Origin: Geosiphon pyriformis uo1
Lineage: Eukaryota; Fungi; Glomeromycota
Length of the DNA stretch: 64,000 nucleotides
Assembly: GCA_016748015.1 (NCBI GenBank)
Contig: JAAOMT010000512.1
Coordinates: 359,806-423,805, forward strand
Reading direction: 5' to 3'
This document shows positions 32,775 to 49,536 of this stretch, piece by piece (the stretch's first letter is position 1; each line of letters begins with the position of its first letter). The notes beneath the pieces were generated by a model. That model saw nothing but the letters and a program-made list of their open reading frames with translations. It was not told the origin of the DNA and ran no database searches. Made by a program: the position numbers and the translations under genes.

Positions 32775-35700
32775 TTTAATGAGTGAAGTTCAAACATTGC
32801 TTAGTTCAATATATTACATATAAGTGATCTAAACTAAGTGTGAATTATGCATTTTCTATATATGACCAGCCACTCAGGCTAATCAGGACAATACTAAACA
32901 CTTATATAAACTGAAATTAAGCTATTTATACCTAAAAAAAAAAAAAACAAAATTTATGTAGTTTAAAACTAACACCAAAAGTTTTAGCAACACCCAATAA
33001 TTTAACTATACCAGCCGAAATTACCAAAAAAAGCCCAGCTATCAAGATTAGAATGGACTTATTATGCAAAATCAGTCTATTTTTTTCCATAAAAGTTTGG
33101 TGTTTAACATAGACCAACCAGATTTTATTTTAGAACACAAAACAAAATTTGCACACAAAGTCCACAATTTTCTGGTCTGCAATTTTAGAATTCTTAAAAA
33201 CAAAAAGAAACTTTTAGTACCAACTATTGAAAACAAAACTTTTACACAAAGCCACACATATTCTAATATTAGAAACACAGAGAGACAACAACTGCAACAT
33301 GCATGAAAAAGAACAAGAAAGACCAAAAAGCATCTCTTAATTAGTTATATGAGTGTTCAGTAATCAAACACAAGGAACAAGATTAAATGAGCAAGAAAAA
33401 CATGATTTGAGACCTTAACATCTCTATAGAACAAACACACCATACTGAAATAACACCTGTTATACAAACACTTATGAATAGCAACAGGGAGTCAATGATG
33501 TAAAGTCTTCATAAAATATATACAAACACCAGCAGTATATCTACTAGTAAAACCAATGGCTAAGTGGAAATCAGAATGTTACACTGATAATAATCTAAAC
33601 CAATTAACATCTATATGCAGATTGTTTACTACAATCCAAGAACCAGAACCAATTTTCTAGCATACATAATAAATAGAATAAAAAACAATATGAATAAAAT
33701 GTCTAGAATTACCAGGAATAATACTACCATTAGCCTTAATATAATGCTCTTTAATCTGATAAAAAAGATATCAATCAGAAAAAGAAGCAGCTTTTGTAAA
33801 CATATTGGCATATTCATTGCCTAAAACATCTAAATAACTTTTCACTTTATGTCAGCTGACATCCAAATTCTTTTTTATAAATAATGCCCATAATGTAATA
33901 ATATTTAACCCAACATCTGTTTTGAAAGTCTGAACATATCAAACTTAATTCTAATTTGCAAGCATTCAAAGCAATCTGGCTGTTTAAGAAAAGTTGAATT
34001 AAACTAGAAGAAAAAACACATTTGAGTACCAGTGAAATAACTTGCAACTCTGTCATAGTAAAAAACACTAAACCAGAAACCTCAATATCTAAACCAAAAT
34101 TAATATTCTCAAAAAAAACAGTCATGCCAGCTCTTATGTTAACAGTCTTTAAACTACACAGAAATCCATCTATATAGACAGAAAAACAACTGGTATTGAC
34201 ACTTAATAAACAATCATGAATGACTTCAAATTTATAAGAACCAAGAATATTTGACAAGCCAATGTTTTCTGAATGAGGAGAACAAACAGAAGAAAAAACC
34301 ATATCATTAAAAAAACACATTAAAAGCTCAAATCAACTAGAAACTAGGTCATGTAAGTCCAATTTCTTCCACTTCTTAAATATCTTCTAATCAAAAACTG
34401 TACCAGTGCAGTTGCAAAGTTGGTTTACAAAAGCAATTTTATACTGCTAAAGCAAAGAGATACACTTAAAGTACATTGACTCACCAAGAACAAGCAACAC
34501 AGAAGTACCACTCCAAAAATAAAAAACATTGGTCATAAAACCACCCAAAAACAGATTATACTCTAAAAAAATACAGATTATACCAGCCAAGAAATTATTT
34601 AATGGATTGATATTAATATGAGCCAAAAAAAACAAAGGGTGACATGAGTGTCAGCTAAAAACCTGCAAGTCATGTGATCTATATGCCAAAAAATAACCCA
34701 AAACTCCAAAAAAATTTGTAAAACAAACAATGGAAGCCAACTTGCTTTCTGCTTGAATCTGTTCAAAAGTTTTTAAACTATATAAAAAAGAGTAGTGTAT
34801 TGTATTATTGAGAAAATTATGCAGCAGACCAAATTTGAACTTTAAGTCTTTACAAATTAGAGTGTCTCATTTATTATATATATCAATAGAAATAAAACTA
34901 AATTAAATCTTATAATTAATAATAAAATGAAAGACTACTAACACCAGATATAAAAACTACTTATCAAAAATCACTTTTCTCAAAACAAAATTGGCAAAAA
35001 ACTAGACATTCAAATATGCTTTAGCCAAACTAAGCTTTAACAAACTTTTAGAAGATAAAAAAATACCCAAATAGCAATGAAATTCCTCTTTTTTGGCAAC
35101 AAAAATAGGCATGCCATTGACAGATAAAAATGGGTTCACAACCCTGCAATTAATAAATATGATCACTGTCTTATTATTATTTATAGAAATGTTATTAATC
35201 CTAAAAAATTCACTAACAACACTAAGAATATGCTGTGTGGCAACCTGACTACTACCAATTCAGATTGTATTATCAACAAAAGCATCAGCAGCAAGAAAAA
35301 AAATCAGTCTAGCCTAAGATTTCACTCAGCCAGTTTTGGCAACATAATAAAAATTCAATTTATAACCACACACATCCTTCTGTTTTTTGACTTTACACAA
35401 AAATGAATCATAAAATATGCACCAGAAAAGAGGCAAAAAGACTTTCTCTTAATCCAACCTATTGTGAACTTGATAACCACCAGTCAAACCGAAATTAGTC
35501 ATAACTCTGTTAATTTAATCATTGTGAATACTACCAAAAAATTTAATGAATCTGTCACACATTTTAAATCTGATCAAAATCTTTTTGAAATGTTCCTATT
35601 CAACAGAATCATAAGTTTTACACATGTTCTATAAAATCAGCCACAGTTTACAGTTCTTTTTTAAAACATCTTTTATTACCAAACCAATAGCAAAAATAGG

Positions 35701-38700
35701 AGATTGTGTTATTGTATCTTTTAAAACAAAAAAATTATCTCCATAGAGAACATCAAAAGTGCTGTAAGCCAAAGAAATTTTGTCTGAAAAATTTTTGAAA
35801 AAAATCTTGTGAGCTGTTTTGATCAAAGCAATAGGTTAAGTATTTGTAAAAACATTTTTCTACTCATATGATTTGGAAATCATTAAAACCTAAGCCTCTT
35901 TTCAGGAACTAGGCACCAATTCACAAGTCAAACAAAAATTCAAAAGCACTAAAAACATATTCAAAACAGACTTGTTACAATGCTTTCACAATTTATTTAA
36001 GATGCCAGAAAAACTAACAGTCTTCCTATTAGGCAGAGCTAAAATCACATCTAACATCTTATCAAAACTAACCAGACATATTACATTTAAAAAAGCATTA
36101 TCAAAAATGTAATCCAAAGATTGATACCGACAAGACTAATTAATAGAGAGATTTGTAACCACTTTATGTTTTTGAGTTCAGCCTTCTATAATCACATCTA
36201 CTTTAGACTTAACAAAATTACACTCCAAAATCAGCTCATTGTCAACAACCAGATGCTTTAATACTATCTTGTAAAAAGACCATTCCAATACACTCCTAAT
36301 AGTATGGCTCTTATTTATTACAAAATTCTCTATTTTTTTATTAATAGCCAATCTGATCTGGAATTCTCTAGCATGCTCTGATTCCAGCAATTTAGAAAAA
36401 TAATAAGACTTTCTAACTTTAGCCAAAACAGATTTGATGTCATCAAAATAAAACCTTAAAAGGAAAAAAAATTTTACTACAAAAGTATTAACAGCATCAA
36501 AACTTTCTCATTTAACCAACAATAATGCAAATTTATTATAAGAAACTAGCTGAAAGGCCTTAACAATCTTAGACACCAAAAGTTTCAGCTTGTGAAATCT
36601 TAATAATTCTTTAGTAAAGACACTATTATAGCTTTTGAATCATTTCTTTTTGAAAACTTTTTCAGCTAACAGACATATTATTTTACAAATAGTATTCCAC
36701 ATTGTGTCCAAATTCAAAAACTTCTTAGATTTTGTAAAATCATCAGAAAACATAGTGATATTTGTTACTAAAGCTTTCTTGAACTCAGCTTATTTGATAT
36801 TATTTACACTCTTAAAATTAAACTTTCAACAATTCTTATTTATATGTTTGTAAAGAGAGTTTAACTGCATATTTAGCAACTCTCTCAGATTCACCAACAT
36901 AAAAATAGCTTAATGATTAATATCAAAGTAATCACCAACATTCAACACATTATAACAAACTACTACACTAATCAAGTTCAAGGAAACAAATATATAATCA
37001 ATAGTTTTTTTAGCACTTCTTGAATTTTTTTATGTGGAACTCTTTACAACTAAACTACCTAACAAAAAATTAACCAAACTCAGATTAAGACATTTCCTGA
37101 AACTAGCACACCTGTGTAAACTATCTTTATTGAAATTTTCACTCAAAATAACAAAAAAAGATTTATCCACAGCTTTTACAATCAAAGAGTTGATATTACT
37201 AGCTTGAAACAGATATACAGTCAGAGCAGCACCAGTGTAAAGTTCCAAAATTGAAATAGATAACTTATTTTTGAAAAGCAGTTTAATAAACAAGAGTCTA
37301 CCAGCAATCTCTGAAATCTTGCATACATGTTTTGTCAAACCAACATTCATTATAACAGCAACATCAGAGCCCAGATAACCAAATTCTAAACCAGAAGTAA
37401 AAACACAAACACCATCAAACTTGTTCATAATTCATAAATAAATCTTATTTCTTAATTTTGTTTCAATGACAATAGAGACCAAATTGTTCATTTTCTTGTG
37501 CCAACAGATAATATCCTCTTGTTTAGCAGGATTGTTTATCTCTCTAATATTACACATGGCAATCTTCTATACTAAACTACTTATTAAGAAAAAAGTTGGG
37601 AAAGCATACCACTGGCCAAAACCAAATTATTGAAGTAAGCTGACAAGTTCAGAACTAAAACAGAAAGATCTTTCAACATATTTTCCAATTTAACCACTTT
37701 AGGAGAGGCAAATGGGCTCAAAACTGCAGCAGCCTTACCACCAGTGGCCTCAATTGAGCCTTTTTTTATTACTATATCACCTATCTAATCTTGTAATAGA
37801 AGGAGTACTAACAGTTGACATTCTAAAAAACTGTTGACACAAGTAATTCTAACCTTTTAGCCAACTTACTAATTTGTTCTGCAAAACTGGTAAAACTGCT
37901 CTCAATGTTAACCAAACCTAATTTCAACTTATTAGCAACAAGCAAAGGAGATTTTATCTTTGATGAAAAACCAGAATTAGCTAAACTATTTCACACAGAT
38001 AGAGGAGGGAAAGAAGATCCAACAATAATACTCACCCATAAAACACCACCAAAAGCAACTGGTCGAGCAATAGGAGCCAAACATTTAACATAAATGGTGG
38101 TTAGTCTACTTTTATCTGCTTCTGAAAAAACATAATGTGGTAAAATACCAGAAAAAATTTTCTATCAACTGCACAGCCCAAAGATGTATGACCCAAATTC
38201 TCATATTTGGTATACTTAGCAAAAACCAGATGAGACCAGTGCAGATTGGCATCTTTAAGTACTAGTGTGATTTTTATAATAGCATCCAATAACTTAGTAA
38301 AATTAAAACAAACAGTAGCATATCTGGCTTAAACATATAAAACCTAATAATAATTAATGACACATGTTTTTCTACCAACAGAACTAATAAAATCTCATAT
38401 GTTATGAGCATTAGTTCCTATTAACAGAGTGTAGAGCAGTGCTCTATAACAATTCTTTGTGTCCTATGTTTTCTTGTTTAAGTCAGTCTTGACAACTTAC
38501 ACAACATCTTTCCTGATTAAGATGAACCATTTGGCTATAAATAAATTGGCATAATCTAAATGCTTAATCTCAATTATAGTCTTCTGTCAGAGTTCTACCA
38601 ACTGTATTTTGATCAACTTAATTATTCTAAACTCAAACAATATAGTGTACACAGCCTTAGCTGACATTCCAACAGAAATTTTTTTTACTACCACAATCTA

Positions 38701-39480
38701 AACACCCAGCATATTTTCTGAGATTGGTATTCACCAAAATTTTTGCACCAGTAGTCTTTTCAAAAGCCTGTACCAAACTTAATTTAAAAGTAAACATTGC
38801 TCTAATGATTTCAACAAATTTTGAGAAGATAGACACCTTCCCAAAACCATTGATTTCTGAAAATAATTTTCTAACCACTATGTATTTTTCTTGAGACATT
38901 TTTTCAGCAACTTTATCTAATCCAATATTTAAAGTAAAAAATTTACAAACAGAAATGATAACCAAATTTTTCAAGAAAGAAAAAAGTTTTAGTAAGACAT
39001 CTGAAAAAACATCATTATTATTACCACTACCTGAGAAGTTAATTTTTTTTAATGGCTCTATCCAATGTTTTTTTAGTTTTGACACACAAACTTTTAAGTA
39101 CCTAATCAAGATCTCTATAAATAAGAGCACTATTTTTATTATAATTAAAACTGATCTCTTTTACTAGACATTTCTTTTTTATATCAATACTGTCAAACTT
39201 AGTGGTGTCACCAGTCTCTAAACTTCATGAATGACCATTCTGAATCTTAGCCAAATCTTTTTTGTTACTAATATCATCTTTTAAAACACCACCTCTCTTC
39301 TTTTTTCTTGACAAAATGGCTTTGAAACTATTACCAGAGCCAGAATTTTTAACAGTTTTTTTTATAACAGCAACACTAAAGTCAACAATGGCTTTGTAAT
39401 TAAGCAAAAACAGTTTGAATTTATTGTATTAAATAGTAAAAAACTTTTTTCAAAAAACTCTTTGAACTTTTTTTTGGAAA
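32775..39480 (-). mobile_element. Near full-length degenerate LINE (ORF1, AP endonuclease, RT, RNase H, C-terminal finger, 3' UTR)
   Basis: ORF1 pieces 39407-37600; APE (CNIR..N, ETK, YTGA, NFN, IDYI) about 37570-36900; RT IALIKTA.K, KNCKLWLIL, AFVDNTI about 36000-35250; RH VYIDG, TELQVI, LFLNSQ 33847-34320; same 3' terminus as the LINE ending at 30876. 5' boundary approximate. Confidence 0.9.
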
Positions 39481-39499
39481 TTTGGAATGAAAAAAAAAA

Positions 39500-40438
39500 A
39501 AAAGTTTTTAATTACTATTAATTTTTAAAATAATTGTTGAATGTTTTAAAGAATAATTATAATAAAAAACTAAATATTGAAAAAAATATATATTTTTGGT
39601 ATAGAGTTTTTTTTATGTTTTTAATTTGGGTATTTCTTAAAATTATGTATTATTTTTATTTATTATTTAGATATTATTATTAAAGAAATTATTATAATAA
39701 TATAAGTTAAATGTTTAAATTTGGTTATTAATTTATTATAAATATTGGTTCTAAATTTTAGAATGTGTTGTGTTTGTTATATGATAAAGTGAAATTTTTT
39801 AATTATATTTTTATCTACTTAAAAAATACCATTTTATATAAGAAGTAATTTAAAAATTGGTTATTTACTAGAAGTTTTTGGTCAGTACTAAAATTTTTCT
39901 GTTATTAATAATTATTCAAACTTTTTTATCAAGCTTGTCAAATGTCAGTCTGTATAAAACTTTTTACAAAAATTTTGTTATGAAAAAATAGTTTAAGAAA
40001 ATAATATTGATGTTTAAAAACAGAAAAAAGACAGCTTTAATGATAGTAAAATTTGCTCATAAAATTATAGAGTATTACAAAATAGTGATGTGAATTTTTA
40101 GGTCTAAATTTAAAACAAACATAAAACTAGTAGTTTGGTTAGTAACATAAATGTGGTTTTTGGACTATTATATTTTTTATTATTTTGCTTTTTGAATAAT
40201 GTGGTTTGTTTACTTAATATTAATAAACTTTTGCTGTTTATTTTGGTTTTTATAAGTCTTGTTTATTTTTTTCTAAATTGGATAGTAATATAAAGATATA
40301 AATAAGTATGTAATATAGCTTTAATTAGTTCAAATAGCTAATTATATATAAAAAGTATATAAGTTATATTTAATTAGAATCTTTTAATTTAATTTTTTGT
40401 ATTAGATAGCAATTAAATTATACTTGTTAAATAAATAA
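39500..40438 (+). mobile_element. Very decayed LINE 3' fragment
   Basis: ATTATATATAAAAAGTATAT (40341) is the transition-decayed form of the LINE 3' UTR GTCATGTGTAGAAAGTGCAT; it ends TACTTGTTAAATAAATAAA like the other LINE ends. Left boundary uncertain. Confidence 0.55.
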
Positions 40439-41242
40439 AAAACAATTGCTATTTTTTAGAATTTTTATTAATATTGCAAAAATTTAAAATATTATTAACT
40501 ATAAATTTGCTTTTTTTTAAGCAATTTTTTTTTACTATTGTTTAAAGTTAAAAAAACAAAAAAACAATTTTTTTTATTAATAATGCTATTAATTTTTTAA
40601 AAATACCAAAAAATAATGTTTTTTTAATATTTTTATTAGTTTAATTATATTAATATTAAATATAGTATTTAATTTTTTTTGAATATAAATTATAATAATA
40701 TTTTTGCCAAATTTAGTTTGAATTAATATTTGATTATATTGCTTAATAAAATAAAATTTAATTATATTTTATATTTTAAATAGTATAAATTAAAGTTTGT
40801 TAATTTTTAATAATATATTATTATGTATTTTAAAATTTATAAAGTTTTTAAAACTGTTTTTGTTTATTAATTAGTTTTAATAAAAAATAATATTAATTTT
40901 TTTTTAAAATTAACAATATAATTATTTAAATATATAAACAAACCTATTTTGTTTTTTAATTTAAAATTATTATATTCAAAATTAATATTTTAAAAAAAAT
41001 TAAGTTTTTAATTAAGTTTAAAGTTTTTAATACTTAATTAATTAACATAATATTATATACAGTCAAACCTAAAATAATTTATACTTTTAATGAATACAAA
41101 TTGCTATAGGTTATTACAGATTATGAGTTTTTTTAAGTTTAAGTATATATAGTATACATATAATAAAAATAGATATAATATTATTAAAAAATAAATTTAT
41201 TTGCATATTCTTATTAATTAGTTTATACAATATTAAAGAAAT

Positions 41243-42600
41243 TTATAAAAGTTGTTTATTTTTGTTTATCTTGTATTTTTTTATAAGTTTACTAAATATA
41301 TTATAAAATTTCTTGATATTTTCAAGCTCTATAAACTGTTCAAAATTTGTAATAGCAGTTAGTACATTCTTAATACTTATTACTTTTTGTATCTTTTGTT
41401 TTTCATCAGAGCTATCATGTTTTGTTTTATGATTTTTTATAATATAATTTGCAATCTTATTATTATCTAAATATTTCAAAGTAATTATATTATTTTTCTC
41501 AGATAGATTTACCAACTTTTTAATTAATAAATATATATAATTTGGATATATACAATTAAACTTTTTGTAACAATTTTTAATCTTTTCTAATACTATTTTT
41601 TGATTATAATTAGCTATTATTTTCAAGTTTGTAGTTTTATTTTGAAAATTGTTATTTGTATTAATTAGAAAAATGCTAATTTTATGCCAGCAATAAGTAA
41701 TTGTTTCATTTAAAATATTTTCTCATGTTTTATAAATTAAATATATTGCTTAAAGTTGGTTAATTGCATAAATATTATTAACACTATTATCAAAAAGATC
41801 TAATACATGATAAAAAAAATAGTAATAATAATATGTCTTAAAACAATAAATAATTCTAGTATCCATAGATTAAATATGTGTTATTAGGTTAAGTACAAAC
41901 TATTCTATATGAATATTTGTAATAGATTTTATATTATAGTTGTAACTAGCAAATTGTTTACTAATAATAATATGTTTTGGTTTTTTTTATGCAGCTAATA
42001 GTTCCAATCAATAAGTCATTATTAAAAAATATTATCAGTTATTTAAGCATGAGTGTTTAAATAATATTGGAAACCAAGTTGCTTTTCTGATTTTTTTGGA
42101 AACAGCATAGACATTTAGCATAACCAATAATAAGTAGTAGTAAACACTCAGTTTTATTAGTATTAATTATAAAAACAAGTGTTAATTACATTTTTGATTG
42201 TTTGATGCCATAATATAGTATTGTAGCAAGACTTTAATTTGGTAATATGACATAAAATAATGCAGCTTTATCCATGTTAAAAATATTACATAACCTCTAA
42301 TCAGCAAGAAGTATTATTACACATACTTATTTATCTTTAATATACTTAATATTAGCTGATAATATATTACCATAAAAGTAAAGTAAATGCAATCTAATAC
42401 AGTCTTTAAAGCTTTCAAGCCAGCTATTAGATAGTTTTTGGCATTTATTTTCTGGAATATTCAATTGATTATAGAACTTTATACTAATAGCTTGAATTAT
42501 ATTTTTAGTAAATGTTATTTTATGTAATTCTGTCTTTTAAACAAAAATAACAAGTGCTTTATTAAAGTTAGTATTACTCATAAAAATTAGAGATTATAAT
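41243..42600 (-). pseudogene. pogo-type transposase (CENP-B HTH + DDE_1), degenerate
   Basis: KLSNSWLESFK (about 42405-42440), FNMDKAALFY (about 42255-42285), ILLLVNN (about 41955-41975), SMDTRII (about 41850-41870). Confidence 0.85.
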
Positions 42601-43689
42601 AAGTAGATAAAATAGCTAATCAGAAATAAGCATAATAAAAAGAAAAATTACAGGATTTTAGAATTCCAGAATTTCAGAATTGCAGAATTTCTGTTAAAAA
42701 AATTGAAAAATTTTAAAAAATCTTGTATAATACAAATTATGTATATATAGTAAAAGTATTAGAAACAAAAAAAAAAACTCAGACAAAACAATAGCTAGCA
42801 ATAACTATTTATCTTATACTTCTCTTTTCAAAAGATAGTTTTTTATAACTTAAAATAAAATTATATTAATATCAATAAAATATCTAATTATTATCAAATC
42901 TATGTTATTATTACTTGATTAAAAAAATATTAATCTATTTCATATTATCAACACTTTATGTTAATAGAATTTAATATTTAACTACACTGAACCAATAGCT
43001 TTTGATCATGGCTATTGATAAAATTCTAATTTTTTATTTTTTTTTATTTTTTTTATTTTGTTTTTTTGTTGTTTACTAATTAATTAAAAAAATTAAATGC
43101 TAAGTATTTAATGTCAAAAATAGTCTAGTAAAAAACTTAAGAACAAGAATAGAAAACTTAAGAATAGCTTATCAGAAAGACATAACTGCCAAAATAAATT
43201 GGTTATTATGTTAAAAAAACCATCAATTAAATTTCTGTTCATTATATAAAAAACTCAACCAAAACTTTTAAACTCCAAAACCTTTAAAAATTACCAATAT
43301 TTTCCATTATTGAGCACCAAGTTACAGATTTGTTATTTGTTCTAACATTTTAAATAATGACTTATAATATTAAAATTACATATTGTGCTATATATTTGCT
43401 AGTTAAATCATATATTATATTTGCTTATGCACAAAAATTTGGTTTATCTTTAACCCAAGCCAAAACTAAAGATTGTTTTATGTATAAAAAACTGTTTTTC
43501 TTAAAGTGTTTTGCAGTTTTTAATTGGTTTTTATTATTTGTATGATATTAATTAAGCATTATAAGTTTATTATAAAGTGTAATATTTTTACAACTTTGTG
43601 AAATACAAACTGAAGAAATAATATGTTTTTTGTTATTAAACATAGTAGAATCAAAAAACAAAAAAAAGTACAAGTAGAATAAGATTGAT

Positions 43690-44120
43690 CCAAAAATTCA
43701 ATTTGATTACTTACATAATTAATAATAATTTAAATTTAGAACAATTCAAAACTGATTTAATTATTCACAAAATTAATAATAATTTAGAACTTGAAACAAT
43801 TCAAAACTCTGACTTAATTACTCATATAATTGATAATAATTTAGAACTTAGAACAATTCAGAACTCTGATTTGATTACTTACAAGATTAATAATAATTTA
43901 AAACTTGAAAAAATTCAAAACTTTGACTTAATTACTTATATAATTAATAATAATTTAAAACTTGGGACAATTCAGAACTTTGACTTAATTATTTACAAGA
44001 TTAGTAATAATTTAAAACTTAAAACAATTCAAAACTCTGACTTAATTACTTATATAATTAATGATAATTTAAAACTTGGACAATTTGAAACTTTGACTTA
44101 ATTACTTATATAATTAATAA
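43690..44120. repeat. 57-bp minisatellite, about 7.5 copies with alternating variants, inside the pogo element
   Basis: Unit ACAATTCAAAACTCTGACTTAATTACTYATATAATTAATAATAATTTAAAACTTGRR; 19-aa periodicity in ORF 43685-44101. Confidence 0.92.
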
Positions 44121-45303
44121 TTATTTTGTTAAATAAATGATGTTATATTATCATATAGCATTTTTAATTATGAAAATATTGGTTTGCTTTACTGCAATTT
44201 TATCAAAATTAGCAGAATTTAAACTAAATTTAACATTTAAAATAACTCATACTAATAGTAAAAAGTTATTGGTTATTGAATATTACAGATATAAGTTATA
44301 AATATAAGAATTTTTTAAATACCAAATTGGTAAATTCAAAATACTATAACTTATTACAAGTTATGAATTATCTTAGTATAAATTATTTTAGGTTTAACTA
44401 TATATTAAAATTATTATTTTTTTGGTTTTATATTTTGTAATATTACTTAGTTAATAAATTTATTAAAAATGTTAATTATTTAAATTATTCTTTTAACAAA
44501 ATAAAAGCACAAAATTTGTTTTTTTTGTTCAATTTTAAATAGTTTTAATTGGTTAAATAACTAATTACATATTATTTGTAATATAATTTACATTTACTAT
44601 ATAATAATTGTATTATGTAAAATAATTAATGATTGAATTATACTATTTATTGTATTGTTTAATGTTAAACATTAAAAAAAAATTTAATTAATAAAAAAAT
44701 TAATACAATAAAATTTTGTGCTTTATAATCAATTTAAAATATTTATTATAAAAATCAAATTTTAATTAACAAACTAAAAAATAAAATAATTTTACATCAT
44801 TTTTGCTGAAAATATGACCTCTTTTTTATATTCAAGGTTTTTTGGTAATATTTATAATTGTTTTTCAAGTTTCAGGTTCTACTAGCTTCCGAAGTCTTTT
44901 TACGAAATCACTCACAAATTTTGGTCATTGTCAGGTGTTTATCCGATGAAAATCAACAATTCCTTTGGCGAAGCTGTTGTTTGATTCGAATTTTTCATTT
45001 AAAGGTTGCAATTTTAATGAAAAATCTCTTGCATGTACTGAACAAAATTTTGAATCGATCTTAAAAGATCTCGAAAGCATAGTTTTATGTAAAATAAAAG
45101 ACAAAAGTCTTTTTGAAGGATTTATAAAAAACAAACATTCATTGTATTAGTGAGAATGTATCTGTTGTAGGTAGTTGTTTTCTCAAATGCTAAATCAATA
45201 TAACTGGGAATCTCTAAGGATTTTTAATTCCAAGAAAATTGACAAAATGTTCTAAACAAATTAACATTAGATTTTGTTTGCGTCCTCATTATGAAATAAC
45301 CAA

Positions 45304-48679
<3,376 letters not shown>

Positions 48680-49536
48680 TGTGAGTGTATATACTTTAAA
48701 AAGGTTTTCTTCTCTATAGAATCAAAAGGCACCAAAAATTATTTTATTGAAAAGTACAGAATTTGTGGGCGCAGTAGTTTTTGGTTTCTTTGGTTGGAAA
48801 GGGAGGAGATTTAACAAGCTTTTTATAATTTTTGGTGACTTACAAGTCGGTTCGCTAAAGACCGCGTTTTATTTGGCCCGGTTGACTAAAGAAGGAAAAG
48901 AAAGGGAGTCGAGTATACTGACAAATTTTTTATTATTGCGAGTCACTTTTTATGCTCTTTAACTTAGGGAGTCTAGCTTACGCAATTGATGACGCAGTCA
49001 CGTTGCACTGCTCTTTTGATTGACTAGTTGCGTTCGATTTTTTTCGAGTATTGATATTTTGAATTGATGCTAGAGTACTTTGAAATCGAAGGGACCAGAG
49101 AAACCTCCAAGAAAGTAAGGTCATAATGTCAATCTGCGAAAAGCTAATCTTTGCGGATGTAGGGCAAATGATATTGTGCTAACACTCTTATTAGCCGAAA
49201 GATGCTATTTTAAAAATCATGTTCAAATAAATTCGAGAATATTCCGGTGGGTTCCTTAAAACTTTATTTCGTATGTGAAAAGGTTTATTCGGGTGGAAAA
49301 TCTTCATCGGTGGAATTTTAAGTATTGGAGTTAAATTAGAGGAAACCTCATTTATTTTTTCAAAGAAAATTTATAAAATGATCCATATAAGTTTAGGCAA
49401 CTATATGTCTCATGAAATACAGTCAATGATGTTGTAGACAGTGAGAAAAGCAAACCACAATATGCAGGGAACTCGTAACATTCTTCGAAAAAGTTATTGA
49501 ATCATAAAAAAAAGAATGAATATAACCGGAATTCAG

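Larger units (their letters stand above)
41060..44400 (-). mobile_element. pogo/Tigger-like (Tc1-mariner superfamily) DNA transposon, degenerate
   Basis: 26-bp TIRs CAGTCAAACCTAAAATAATTTATACT (41060) / AGTATAAATTATTTTAGGTTTAACTA (44375-44400, two G>A changes), TA on both sides. Confidence 0.92.

Noticed and set aside
43685-44101. 138-aa repeat ORF as a real gene
   Set aside because: Non-ATG start and fully explained by a 57-bp tandem repeat within a decayed transposon; no independent coding evidence.
44858-45150. Short overlapping ORFs downstream of CDC48
   Set aside because: No recognisable motif and no consistent exon structure; could be UTR or a gene fragment, unsupported.
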